NCBI GenBank assembly: GCA_951406725.2 | Contig: OX597826.1 | Span: 17,546,001 to 17,610,000 of the forward strand | Length of the DNA stretch: 64,000 nt | DNA from: Octopus vulgaris | Taxonomy: Eukaryota | Reading direction: 5' to 3' | Part shown: positions 10,801 to 23,732 of the stretch, piece after piece | Layout: every line of letters starts with the position of its first letter | Position numbering within the stretch: the stretch's first letter is position 1 | The notes under the pieces: model-generated | The model's database searches: none | Told to the model about the DNA's origin: nothing | The model's input: the letters and a program-made list of their open reading frames with translations, nothing else | Program-made: the position numbers and the translations under genes

Positions 10801-13149
10801 AACGAAGAGGTGTGAATTGAAAAGACATTTATCAGTCATAAGCAACAGCTCCACTATTACATTAAAAAAAAAGTTTGCTCTTCATCACTCTGCAGGTATA
10901 AAAAGTGAAATTGCCAGGTATCAACTGATGAATATAATCAAACAATCAAATAAACTTCCTGATTGACCTTTAGGGACCAGTGACTAATCTCATCCTTACA
11001 CCTCAGCTTATACTATAGGCATATACTGGGCATATGCCTATTGTATATATTGTCCCCTCACCCAGTTATCCTTATTCTCAGTATATGCTGTTGTCTTTTC
11101 CCAAATTAATTCAATGAAAATACAAGCAATCCTCGGTTGATTTCTAACCAATTTTTTTACAAACAACTGATACAGCCTTTCCTTTCCAACATTGTGCCTC
11201 CTCACTAAAAATGTTAGTTTCTACTTCATCTAACAGCACACCAATATGTATCCTTTCAACCTTTTGTTATACTTCCCAATATATCAGATTGACCAACGAA
11301 TTAATTATTCAATCACTTTGAAATATTGTTTGTTCCTACCCTCCACTCATTCACCTCTACCACCAATCAGTGCCATTGTTAAAACAGTAACTAAAACTTT
11401 TATCATAATGGTTGCCACAATAATGGCACTTCCACCCCCTATCTCATCACTGACTTTTTAATTTATATACATATATTATATTGACCTTCCATGGTGTACT
11501 TTTTCATTATTGGATACTTTACTACCTTACTAATTACATTAATCAGGCTGCCCAGTAGGCCCTCACCTGTAGACTCAATTGGTAATCATGGTTTCTTTAT
11601 GTCTTTTCAAAGAACTTTATAATCAAATATTTCTACATTTTGCTCCAGAAATTCTTCCATTCTAAATCTTACAAATACTACAGCAATAATAATGATGATA
11701 ATTTGTTGATTTTATTATGAAATAAAGCCTGGAGCAATTAAAATACCAATATCTTGCTGAGGGAGATAACAAGATGCCTGCTGTATAAATATGGGCTCCA
11801 GGTACCCAAACCAGATGTCCATTACCTTTTTACATGGTTATTGTGCCTCATATAATAATAATTATAATAACTTATTTTGTGTACACGTCACTTTACTATG
11901 AAATATATTTGAAGAAGACATGAAATTTGTACCTAAATTTTCCTTGTAAAACTTCTAGCCAATCTTTGAATATTTAAAAATGAATCACTGTTAAGTATTT
12001 TTTATTGCCAAAGCCCCTCCCACACAGTTGTTCTTTGTGAACTTCAGGTGGTTGACTCTCATGCACAGATATACATATTCACACTTGAAGAAGGATGATT
12101 GACTCATAATTGTTTATTTCTATTTTTGTTAATTTATCATCTTTCATGGTCAACATTTTCTCTGTGTTATTAAACTTCTGAATTTCAGGAAAGATTTAAA
12201 AAATAATTAATAAAATAATTTTAAAAATAGTATTGCTTTTTTGTTATCTTTAATTTAAGCATTATCCTCGATCTTTAAACCACTTAACTCAGAACTGTGG
12301 TGCCTACAATGTTTGGCTATATCCCACAAGCTCATTATTTCATTCTGTTACTTGTTTCCGTTTACCATGAGTGTGGGAACGTAATTTGCTTAGAGGTGCT
12401 GACCCAATTTTTCAGGAGGATGTTCAAAGCATTTTCATCAACCCCACCACAAAAAAAAAATTAAAATTTAGTGGGTGCACTTGCACTTCCTGCACCTGAG
12501 CCTATGCCATTTACTGCTAGTATTTACCTCTACATGTTCTTTCTGTATCAATTTTCAACAATTTTACATTGTACTTCCTGAAAGCATTGGCCATGATTTT
12601 TACTAATATGTTGCATTAAAAAATGGCCATTAAGCAGGTGAACATTTTACTTTTTAGTAATGACGGCAAGAAATTAGTATCGCTTTAATTATGACCGTGA
12701 GTGATTTTTTTAAAGTGAATATAACCTGGAAGATGGTAGGGAAATGTTGAGGTCCAGGTGCTAGAAGATTTAAACTTTGTTTGATCCAGTAATAAGACCA
12801 AATAATCAATCATCTAGTTTATTTGACCTTGTTGAAATTTGAACTCCCAACTATGATATAATCAGTTTGCAATTATGAGTATCACACTACAGTGTTGTGT
12901 GATTTATAAATCAACCAATCAACATGAAACTGGTATGATATGGCTTCTCAGATATCCTAAAATTCGTCTTTTTTTTAACCTAGTTAAACATAACTAACTC
13001 GGTTAGCTTTCAATCAAGACAGGTCACAATATACCTTAATCAGCCCTCAACAAGACACTGCAGTTCTCTTCTCCAAGCTTTAACAATGTCCAGCATTTAT
13101 TGTATCTGTGTTCCCCACATCCCAAATAACAAATCTTTTCTGCTTGGCT

Positions 13150-13928
13150 GCTAAGATTTTAAAAAATTAAAGTTTATCAAAATTTTTTTAATTTGGTACA
13201 TTAGTGTAGTTTTCCAAGCTGAATTGCTGGAGTTATTTTGTCTTTTCTCGAAAAATTTTTTCAAAAAGTTATAGAGGTTTAAAGTTCGATCATTTTCACC
13301 CAATCAGAAAACAGGATTTGGAAACTATCATTTTCTGTATAACTACATTTTATCAACATCCTGAAAATAGCAAGTGTTATCAATATTTGTATTCTACATG
13401 CAAAAACGAGTAAACATGTCTTTTGTATGTTTAAGCACTCAATATGCATTTAATACAATAAACATCACATTACAAATTAAATATTTTTAAAAAACAAACA
13501 TTTAAGCATTCAATCTGCATTTAATGCAATAAACAGCACATTACGAATTAAGTATTTTTAAAAAACAAATATTTTGTTAACCAGTTCATTGAAAATATAA
13601 GATAGAAATACATTCAAGCAATTTCTCAGACGAAATCACAATTTTCATATCTCCTGCACCACATAAATTCATGGAGATATGAATCTACCATAGAACAGTG
13701 TGTGCCACTGCATCGTTCATTACCTCCACTTGTATATATATTTCCAAATATCGGTTCCTAGTATAATATGGAGCAGCTTGTAGCATGTGGCCAGTAAAAT
13801 CTTATACGAATCACAAAAACCGAAAGCTGTAACCTTACGAGCTATTAACCACTCACACATTCCCATGTACAGTGAGAAATCTCAATTTGCAACACCAATT
13901 CAAGTGTTTTTTTTTTATTATGGATCTT
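13150..13928. repeat. Unclassified non-autonomous DNA-type repeat with an internal ~71-bp tandem duplication
   Basis: 13430-13500 and 13501-13570 are diverged direct copies; composition resembles non-autonomous Helitron/DNA elements; family not established. Confidence 0.4.
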
Positions 13929-13932
13929 CCAT

Positions 13933-14277
13933 CTCTATATATAAATGGCAAGATGTATGTCTGTGTGTGTGTGTGTATCCTTTATACAAATCCACAATTT
14001 TTCAGTTAGAGGGCTCGCACTTTCTATGGTCATTCAAAACCGTCCAAGGGTGGTCGTGCACATCTTTACATTTCCCCAGTCACCCCACAAAGCCATTCAA
14101 AAATCAATAGAAGTACTTTTTTGTGAATTTTCTATCCAAAATCCAAACAAAATGCCTGAAACTTGATATGCCAGCTAGCTGTATGTGATTGGTCGGAGAT
14201 TTGGACAGTACTCGCGTGTATGTGTGCACGCACGCAGCTGTATATGCATGCACTAGCACTATGACCCGAGTGCTAGA
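13933..14277 (+). mobile_element. Non-autonomous Helitron-like element (5' part)
   Basis: Starts a|TCtctatatataaa followed by a gtctgtgtg microsatellite; ctagcact-N8-agtgctag hairpin near the right end. Confidence 0.45.
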
Positions 14278-14278
14278 A

Positions 14279-15312
14279 TCCTATTATTGGTGCAGATTTC
14301 CTACTTTGCTTTGACTCTGAAACGTATTTGTCAGCACATGGTATGAGCATTAAATCTGCCACTGTCACTCCTCTTTCTTTTTATCCTCTAAATCTAATCA
14401 TCATCCCGCAATTCTAAAAAAATTTCCAAACATTACTTGCACCATTTTTGATAACAGGAATCCAACGCACTTGGACCGCACCATGGACTAACAAAAAATA
14501 GCTCAGGACGAATTTAGCCACCTGTTGAACCTCGTAACAGTTTGTCCCTCCAGTAGTAATTGGTCTTCTCCACTAGATATGGTTCCCAAGATAACTGAGG
14601 GAGATTAGCATCACCATGGAGACTACAGAGACTGAAATGCTTTGACTGTTCCTAATAAATAACCAATTCTTCATATCTGTGATTTCTCAGCTTTACATGG
14701 TTGTACTGTTTTTTCGAAAATCAGTTTTGTACATGCCTATAATCAGAGTTCCATAGAATCTGCTGCTGTCCCAAAAACTTTTTTAATTACTCTTTTTGAA
14801 TTTCTTAAAACACCTTTTAGTCTTAGAAATGCAGTGAATACTTTCCATGGTTTAGACTTTGTGTTTCTCTATACCGACTTGTTGATTGCTAGTTCTACAG
14901 AAGAGCAGCATGAACAGCATTTGCACAGAAGGGTGTCATAATTAACTCCAGTAAATGTCTTATTGGTGTTTCTTCTATCATGTTCTTGGGACATATTGAT
15001 AAAGAGGGAATCCAGCCATTGAAGGAAAAAGTAGATGCGATTACAAATATTTTTGCTCCTACATCACGAGGAAGTTACGAGAATTTTTTGGTCTTATTTA
15101 TTCTGCACTGCACAGAGACTATACATCCACTAACAGAATTAATACGTAATCGTAAATGAGAAAATGAAACTGTTTCTCTGACAGAATTAGTCTTTTAACA
15201 ACATTAAAAAATAACTACAGTTACCTTGCTAACCCATCCAATACCAGATGTACCCCTACCACTAATGTGCGAATTGGAGGAGTACTGCAGCAATATGCCC
15301 AAAATTCTTGGC
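14279..15312 (+). mobile_element. Decayed Gypsy pol fragment, lineage 1 (CsRn1-like): protease end, RT, start of RNase H
   Basis: PIIGADFL at 14279; PSSSNWSSPLDMVPK..GDYR; CTVFSKI..VHAYNQ; FLGHIDKEGIQPL.EKVDAI; many stops and frameshifts. Confidence 0.8.
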
Positions 15313-16955
15313 CACTAGCATAGCCAGAGTGTGTACCACCCCAGGCTGGGGGAGCCAGAAGTGGAAAATTGAAGGGCGCCAACTGTGAACATTAAGAAAA
15401 AGAATAATAAAATCAGAGTGTGTGCTGAATTTTGCCTTGGGTTAAAGGAATGTCTTAAAATGTTTAACTATGTACTATCTGCCCCAGAGAATATTTTTGT
15501 GAAATTAAATGGTGGCATGGATATTTTCTAAATTGGAACTCTCTGACATGTATCTACAAATTAGAGTAGACGATGAATGCTCTAAATACCTAACAATTAA
15601 CACAAAGGACTGCATAAATACTACAGTTTACCATTTGGTTTAAAAGTTGCACCAGCGATTTTCCAACTGATTATGGATGCAATGTTAGCAGACTGTGAAT
15701 TTGCAATTCCATATATGGATGATATACTCATTAAGAGTGAATCCAGGTACCAACATGTAGAGCACATAAAATATGTGCTCAAAAAAATTAGGGATTACGG
15801 CTTTACTTTGAGTGAAGAAAAGTGTGAATTTTTCTTACTGAAAATAAGATATTTAGGACAAATCATTGATAGAAATGGATGTTGGCCAGATCTGTCAAGA
15901 GCAGACACAATTAAAAATATCCCCCCTTCAACAAATATTGTGATTATACAAGCCTTTTTGGGACTGGCAAATTATTACCAAAATCATATTCCAAATATGC
16001 ATAAGGTGAGGGTTACACTGAATAATCTGCTAAAAAAAGATGTGACGGAATTGGTCAGAAAATTGTCAAAAGGCATTTGACAAAATAAAAAAATATTAAC
16101 ATCTGATTTGTTGTTAGCACACTTTGATCTTGCAGCAGAAATTTTTGTAGCTTCAGAGGCCTCTAAGTACAATATAAGAGCAGTAATGCTACATAAATAG
16201 AAAGATGGTAACATGATGGCAGTGGTTCATGCTTCCCGTTCTCTGATATCAGCAGAAAAAATTATAGTCAAATCAAAAAAGAGGCCATAAAAACATTTCA
16301 TAGATTTTTACATAGAAGTTTTCAACATCCCATGGGTCGAAGAAAAAAATCCCTACCCATACTGTTAATAGGTTGAAATTCTGAGTACGATATTATTAAA
16401 CTATGATTTTTAAGATGGAGTATATACCATCCAAGAAATTAGGTCACACTAATTATTTATCAAGACTGATTTTTAAAAATGCCGAACCATTTGAAGATAC
16501 CTCGATTGCTGCTTTGTGAGCTGAAAATGAAATTAAAGATGTTTCATGTAATGTCATACGTGAACTACCAGTTATTTTACAAGACATAAAATCAAAATTC
16601 TAAAATGATAAATTCATTTAAAAAATGAAAGAAATACTAAGGTGATAAAAACATGCACAACACAAATGCAAACCATTTCTCAATGTGTGACAACATGTTG
16701 ATGTACACACAAAGAGTCACAGTACCAGTCACACTACAAAAGCAATTATTAAAGGAATTTCACATTGGCCACCCAGGGATTTCATGAAAGAAATCGTTAA
16801 TAAGTTATGTATATTGGCCAACGATGGACCATGACATTGAAGAATCAGTGAAAGCATGCAGTGGGTGTGCCTTACCTGCAAAAAGCTCCTACACTAACCA
16901 TGGCCAAAAACAGATATTTTATGCTCAAGACTGCATGTTGATTATGCAGGTCCAC

Positions 16956-17200
16956 ATCATCATCATCATCATCGTTTAACGTCCGTTTTCCGCGCTAGCA
17001 CGGGTTGGACGGTTTCGACCGGGGTCTGGGGAGCTAGGGACTGCCCCAGGCTCCAGTCTAGTCTGGCAGTGTTTCTACAGCTGGATGCCCTTCCTAACGC
17101 CAACCACTCCGCGAGTGTAGTGGGTGTTTTTTACGTGCCACCTGCACAGGTGCCAGAGGGGTCTGGCATCGGCCACATTCGGATGGTGCTTTTTTTTATG
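16956..17200 (-). mobile_element. RTE family B 3' terminus inserted in the Gypsy integrase
   Basis: (ATC)n begins immediately after the VDYAGP codons; CpG-rich, so probably a young copy. Confidence 0.85.
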
Positions 17201-17887
17201 TGGGGGGGGGGGGCAGAAATATAGGGGAGCACCAGTGGGGAGGGGTGGTTCAGAGAAATGATGACAGGTTCTTAGGCAAGTAGAACGTAGGATATCAAGA
17301 GGGTAATGCATGGTGAAATAGCGTATTGAGGAGGGGGGTTGAAGAGTAGACACCTATAATGGTGGTGGGAGAAACAACATCCGGTATAGATGGAGCAAAA
17401 ATATAGAGATATCCGGTATTGGTGGTGGGGGTGGGCAGGGTGGGTGCACCGCGAATACGCGAAGGTTGAAAAAGATGATAGAGCGAGACTTGGTCGGGCA
17501 GAGTTAATAGAGGAGAAATTAGATACAATAGTTAGATAGATAAATAACAACAGATAGGAAAACATGTATGATTGGTCGAGAAGTGAAGTGAAAAATAAAT
17601 AAAAATAAAATAAGCATTCAAACTTAGCTGTGCTCGAGATTATTAGCTGCTAGGTGAATGAATGAGAGAGCACATGTTGTTGCCTTAAGTAAAGAAATTG
17701 ACCGGAAAGGAATTTTTGGACAAGGCGGAAGTGTATTAAGGGAACAGGCTTCAAGGATGGCGGAGATCGATAGACAAATACGCGAGGGTTGAAAAAAAGA
17801 TGATAGAGCGAGACTTGGTCGGGCAGAGTTAATAGAGGAGAAATTAGATACAATAGTTAGATAGATAAATAACAACAGATAGGAAAA
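17200..17887. repeat. Unidentified insert with a ~109-bp direct repeat (17454-17562 / 17777-17887)
   Basis: aatacgcga..ttgaaaaa.gatgatagagcgagacttggtcgggcagag...acagataggaaaa occurs twice, nearly identical. Confidence 0.8.
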
Positions 17888-18722
17888 GGGTGCATATTAT
17901 CTTGTTGTGAAAGACAGTTATTCAAAGTGGCTGGAAGTGCATAAAGGTAAAAAACTGACATTTGTGGTTAAAATAAGCTTTTTACACAAATTGTTCGCCA
18001 GTTATGGTATTCATGAAACCATTGCATCTGGTAATGGAACTCAGTTTATATCAGACAAGTTCAGAAAATCTTGTAAAATATTCATCATTGAACATTTCAC
18101 CACTGTATCATCCTAGGTGAAATAGACAAGTGGAGCGTTTTGAAGAGGGCGTTGGAAAAGGTAAACAATGAAGTAATGGATGAACTTGCACTGCAACAAT
18201 TTCTAAGAGTGTACCGAATAACACCTAATTGGAATGTATCTGGAATGTCACCCACAGAATTAAAGTTTGCTTGAAAGATCAGATCCATTTCAGATGAGTT
18301 GATACCGAGTGAAAATAGAAAAAAGACAAACAACAAAAACACTTCAAAATTCTTCAAGTTAGGTGACAAAGGTTTTTTAAAACCTATAGATATGGTAAAG
18401 AAAGCTTGGTGGATGGTGTAATTATTAAACAAATTGGAAGGATGTCATTCCTGGTAAAAGGGGAAAATGTCAAACATAAAAGACACATTAACCAACTTAA
18501 AAAAAGATTCACAGAAAAAACAGTCATGAGAAATAAAATCCCCATGGAAGCAATGTATGACCCGTTTGAGATACAAACACCCAAACAATTTGAAACTACC
18601 CATTCTAGCACCAGAAAACGGAAAAGAACGGAAACACTGGAATTGAACCCTAAGCGTAAGAGATATTAAAACTCCAAACAAAAGGAGAGATGTGAGGGGA
18701 GACTAATTCTAAAAAGGGGAGA

Positions 18723-18932
18723 TGTTGTGGAAGGATTCCGACAACTCACCAAGTGACTAAAGGTGGACTGACTCATTGTTATAAAATAAAGAACTGTGAG
18801 CAATTGGCAGTTCACCATGAGCCATTGGCAGAGAGTATTGACTCTTATGTAATAGTAACCGTATTGCATCTTGAAAATATTTCTTTCCCCCTGCTTTGTT
18901 AAATTACATATCCAACACCAGGATATAAAACA
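18723..18932 (+). repeat. Probable 3' LTR of the lineage 2 Gypsy copy
   Basis: TGTTG start directly after the PPT; AACA ends at 18917 or 18932; no 5' partner in the window. Confidence 0.6.
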
Positions 18933-20421
18933 GTCCAAAAAGTGAATTGTAGATGTGCAAAGGTAATCTTTCTAATATACTAACAATACTTACTATGAGT
19001 CAGTTCTCAGTGAAACATTTTATACAAGCAAAATCCCATTCAATTGAGGTTCTTACATACTAAGTCAACTGTGATTCAGCAGATCTCTGATTAAAAGTAT
19101 TCCACACACAATTCAGTTTATCTTGCTAAACACAATGAATCTAGGACTACATTACTGAATGTGTGCTTTCTGTATTAATACAGTGGATATAATCTGAAAA
19201 ACAATTTGACGGCTATGGCTATCATGTCCAAAAATCACACAGAGCTTTGTCACTGGTTTACTATCACCACCCCAATATATATCTCAACCTTTTGGCAAAG
19301 AACAGAGTGTAGTATATGTATGTATGCTTGTATGTAAAGTTACAATGGTTCCCTGTAAAGTGAGTTTTCGGGGGGGCGGGGGTCTTCAGTAGTAAACACT
19401 TTTCACTGTTTAGTCAAATGAGGGAAAAAGTACCAATGAATCTTTACAGGGTCTCTAAGAATGGTGGGAGGGAGGAAAAATGGTATCCATAAACAGGGGA
19501 CCTGGCTCAGGCAACAAAATAAGCCTATCACCCAAGTAGGCCACAGCAGAATTTGAACTTACATACAAAGAACTAGACCAAGTATTGCAAAGCATCCTCT
19601 TTGATGTTCTATTTCACCAAGCCATCACCCAAGACTAATATCATAATTATCAACTCAAGAAGGCAGGTCCGTCACCAGACTTTGATGCCAGGAGGTGCTT
19701 CAAAATATTCTGGGTAGGAACTAATTTGTAATAATGCTAAAGTAGAGCTTCAAAGTTAGTGTATCATTGGAAATCTGAGGGTGCACCATTGAATAGTGAG
19801 GAGGCAGTGCCATCCCTTGGCAATGGGTATGCAAGAAGAACAAAATACAAAGTTGATCTTCATCAGATTTGAACTCACAAAACAAAGAGTCAGAATAAAT
19901 ACTGCTAGGTATTTCAGCTGCTTCTTTAACAACCCTACCAATCTATTTCCCCTCTTCGGTGTTTCTTTAAGGCCTTCATAACTATTAAATCTATTTTCTG
20001 GCTGCTGCAGGTCAAGATCTTCATTCAGTAACAACTGAACTGAATTACCTCTGCTCATACATTTGCTGCTCTACTTGACTCACATGAAATCTAGTTCTGA
20101 ATAAAGTTTACACCTGGTTTAATAACCACATGGAATATATGTAGAATAGAATGGTGGAGTGAAAGAGAGTGAGAGAATGGTGGGGAAGCAATGGATTCTC
20201 TTCCTTACTTCTATTCCTTTAATCCTTGACTGGTTTTTGCCACAGAAGTATGGCCAAGCGGGGACACTGCAGTCACTATACCAACTCCAGGATTCATTTC
20301 ACTTTGATGTTTATTTTGCTGATTTTTATTAGTTAAACTAGATGTGGACAAATTATATATATACATATATATATAATAAAATACAAAATGGGACAAGAAC
20401 ACAAAACATCTGGACAACTAG

Positions 20422-20457
<36 letters not shown>

Positions 20458-20627
20458 TATACACACACATATAAATATTTAGAAGATTTGTTTGTCATAG
20501 CCGGTCAGAAAGTGACTGTTGATTCTGCACCTATAAGGAACTTAGCTGTACAGAGGACTCTTCAAACTCAAATGGCAAGAGGTACATAACCTCTCAACCT
20601 TTGTGTATATATATATATATATATATA

Positions 20628-20793
20628 TGTTTACGTCCCCGTCACTTAGCGGTTCGGCAAAAGAGACCGATAGAATAAGTACTGGGCTTACAAAGAATAA
20701 GTCCCGGGGTCGATTTGCTTGACTAAAGGCGGTGCTCCAGCATGGCCGCAGTCAAATGACTGAAACAAGTAAAAGAGTAAAAGAGTAAAGAGT
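20628..20793 (+). mobile_element. SINE family A, 3' half between (AT)n tracts
   Basis: CpG-rich match to the family A 3' body with an (aaagagt)n tail. Confidence 0.85.
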
Positions 20794-21033
20794 ATATATA
20801 TATATATATTTATATAGCTAGATAGATAGACATATGTAAGCGCATATGTATATACATATAGTTATATATATGTATGTGTATATACAATAAGAGGCTTCCA
20901 AATAAGAAAGCAATGTGCTAGAAAGAGCAGTAGAAATCTCAAAACTACAAGAAAAAGGATAAATTCTCGAAAGGAATGAAAAAAAAAAAAACGTTTACCA
21001 TCTCAATAACTGTATATGTGTATATATTCATGC

Positions 21034-21036
<3 letters not shown>

Positions 21037-21069
<33 letters not shown>

Positions 21070-21095
21070 CGGGAGGCTAAAAGACGAAGGCAGGT

Positions 21096-21180
<85 letters not shown>
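21037..21180. repeat. (AT)n microsatellites
   Basis: Directly visible. Confidence 0.95.
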
Positions 21181-21182
<2 letters not shown>

Positions 21183-21434
21183 TTAGAGATTCAAGTCAAT
21201 CAGGTACCTAAATAGTAAAGCACCAAGTTCAGATCAAAGAAATAGCAATCATTACAGACTAGGTTAACTAGGGCAAGTGAATTGTTGTGGCTGAAGCTAG
21301 TTGCACATAATGTTGCTTCTTTCATGCAGATTCACCTGAAAATGGTTTTCTTGCATGATGAAATTACTTTATTCATCAATAAAAAAAACTCGTTTGAAAC
21401 AGCTATAGTCAATGAACCAATTTCCATCTGTTAT

Positions 21435-21468
21435 TTGTGTGTGTGTGTGTGTGTGTAATACTCGTACA

Positions 21469-21540
<72 letters not shown>

Positions 21541-21560
21541 TGTATGTATGTATGTATGTA

Positions 21561-21591
<31 letters not shown>

Positions 21592-21682
21592 ATGTATGTA
21601 TGTGTGTGTATGTATGTATGTATGTATGTATGTATGTATGTATGTATGTATGTATGTATGTATGTATGTATGTATGTGTGTG

Positions 21683-21714
<32 letters not shown>

Positions 21715-21726
21715 TGTATGTGTGTG

Positions 21727-21758
<32 letters not shown>

Positions 21759-21774
21759 TGTATGTATGTGTGTG

Positions 21775-21806
<32 letters not shown>

Positions 21807-21846
21807 TGTATGTATGTATGTGTGTGTATGTATGTGTGTGTGTGTG

Positions 21847-21878
<32 letters not shown>

Positions 21879-22052
21879 TGTATGTATGTATGTATGTGTG
21901 TGTATATGTATGTATGTATGTATGTGTGTGTGTATGTATGTATGTATGTATGTATGTATGTATGTATGTATGTGTGTGTGTATATGTATGTATGTATGTA
22001 TGTCTGTGTGTATGTATGTATGTATGTATGTCTGTGTGTATGTATGTATGTT
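21435..22052. repeat. Compound (TG)n/(CT)n/(CA)n/(TATG)n microsatellite, about 600 bp
   Basis: Directly visible; source of the MYVC/HTYI ORFs. Confidence 0.97.
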
Positions 22053-22149
22053 ATGAAATAACATTCTTGTCTGAACCCCTGTATATATGTTGCGGCTTCT
22101 CCACCTACTTCAGTAAAAGTCATTGTTACATCCTTATAAATAATCCATC

Positions 22150-22425
22150 AGTTTGAAAGGGATTTCGCTTCTGTGCTTGGTCTGCAAGATTCTTTATGTG
22201 AATTCATATTTGATTATGTCTGGGGAGAGTCATTCTCTTTTAGTGCCTTCATCATTTGACACACTCACTGGTTGGATTGCTACTCATTTATTTATTTTTT
22301 CTAAAATTTTTGCAACGAAAATTTTAGAAAAAAATAAATAACTAAATGAGTGGAAATTGAACAGGTGAGTGCGTTAAATAATGAGGCACAAAAAGAGAAT
22401 GACTCTCCCCAGACACAATGAAATG
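22150..22425. repeat. Fold-back (palindromic) copy of interspersed repeat family D
   Basis: Arms about 22212-22312 and 22316-22422 (gtctggggagagtcattctc...ctaaaattttt / cgaaaattttag...gagaatgactctccccagac); same family as 60463-61560. Confidence 0.85.
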
Positions 22426-22584
22426 GGTTTATATTTCAAGAAGCGTGTTGTGTAATAAGATACCTGGAGTGAATAAGCTTAACACAAAATGTTTTTATAG
22501 GTTGTGAATAAGTAAGGTTGTTGAAATTAACACTTAGTCATCTCCAAATAAGAAAAGTACAAATAAATAAATAAATAAATATAT

Positions 22585-22978
22585 GTGTGGTAAGTAGCTT
22601 GCTAACCAACCACATGGTTCCGGGTTCAGTCCCACTGCGTGGCATCTTGGGCAAGTGTCTTCTGCTATAGCCCCGGGCCGACCAATGCCTTGTGAGTGGA
22701 TGTGGTAGATGGAAACTGAAAGAAGCCTGTCGTATATATGTATATATATGTATGTGTGTGTTTGTGTTTGTCCCCCTAGCATCGCTTGACAACCGATGCT
22801 GGCGTGTTTACATCCCTGTCACTTAGTGGTTCGGCAAAAAGAGACCGATAGAATAAGTACTGGGCTTACAAAGAATAAGTCCCGGGGTCGAGTTGCTCGA
22901 TTAAAGGCGGTGTTCCAGCATGGCCGCAGTCAAATGACTGAAACAAGTAAAAGATAAGAAAGATAAGAAAGATAAGAT
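22585..22978 (+). mobile_element. SINE family A, young copy
   Basis: CpG-rich full body with an (aagataagaa)n tail. Confidence 0.92.
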
Positions 22979-23228
22979 ATGTATAGATACATATATACAT
23001 TTATATATAATATATTAATAAATAAAATAAAACATATGCATATATATAAACATTTATGTACGTACCTACCTCTACATGTACATATACACGCATATATGAG
23101 TACAGGACACCAAAAAGGACGTCGAACACAATGAGAAACGAAAACATAAAAAATAGAATACAGGACAATTAACACAAGGAAAAAACCCTTCTTCAGTCGC
23201 TAAAGCTTTCATATATGTATAAATACAT

Positions 23229-23261
<33 letters not shown>

Positions 23262-23700
23262 GAAAATAGTAAAAAGCAAAAAATACAGAAGACTGAAATT
23301 AAAAATATATATATTTGCAATATGTCTGAAGAATATTAAAATTAAAAAAATTTTTTCATATATTTATAGCTTTTCAAAACGTATTTGATAAAGCGAAACT
23401 ATATGTCATTTAAGGAAAAATTTTTTAATTTTAATATTCTTAGACATACATATATATATATAAGCCTAGTTTTCACTTTTTACTATTTTCTATATATTCA
23501 ACCACGTGCTTTCACAAACCAACTTTCTTATCTATATATATATATATATGCATATATATATACATACATACATACATACATACATACATACATACATACA
23601 TACATACAGACAGACAGACAGACAGACATATATATATATTTATATATATATATATTTTTATAAATGAGGATAATATCGATATTTAAATATCATTTTTAAT

Positions 23701-23732
<32 letters not shown>

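Larger units (their letters stand above)
15385..18932 (+). mobile_element. Decayed Gypsy LTR retrotransposon, lineage 2 (Mag/K02A2.6-like): RT-RNase H-integrase plus 3' LTR, interrupted at 16956-17886
   Basis: KIRVCAEF, LPFGLKVAPAIFQ, YMDDILI (ORF 15673-16080), HIGHPGI zinc finger, HVDYAGP, SGNGTQF; polypurine tract aaaaggggaga at about 18711-18722. Confidence 0.9.

Noticed and set aside
20180-20300. Minus-frame peptide WSWYSDCSV...CG...GIEVRKRIHC resembling a thrombospondin type 1 repeat
   Set aside because: In-frame stop immediately upstream, no good acceptor, and atypical spacing; probably chance.
21369-22156. Long ORFs of 180-240 aa (MYVC / HTYI repeats)
   Set aside because: Translations of a stop-free (TATG)n/(TG)n microsatellite; the same applies to ORFs at 51266-51577, 56989-57183 and 60467-61345.
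23170-23212. Minus-strand GAAAgcuUUAgcgaCUGAAGA as a permuted hammerhead
   Set aside because: Too few bases between the cleavage triplet and CUGAAGA to form stem I, and no stem II partner is visible.
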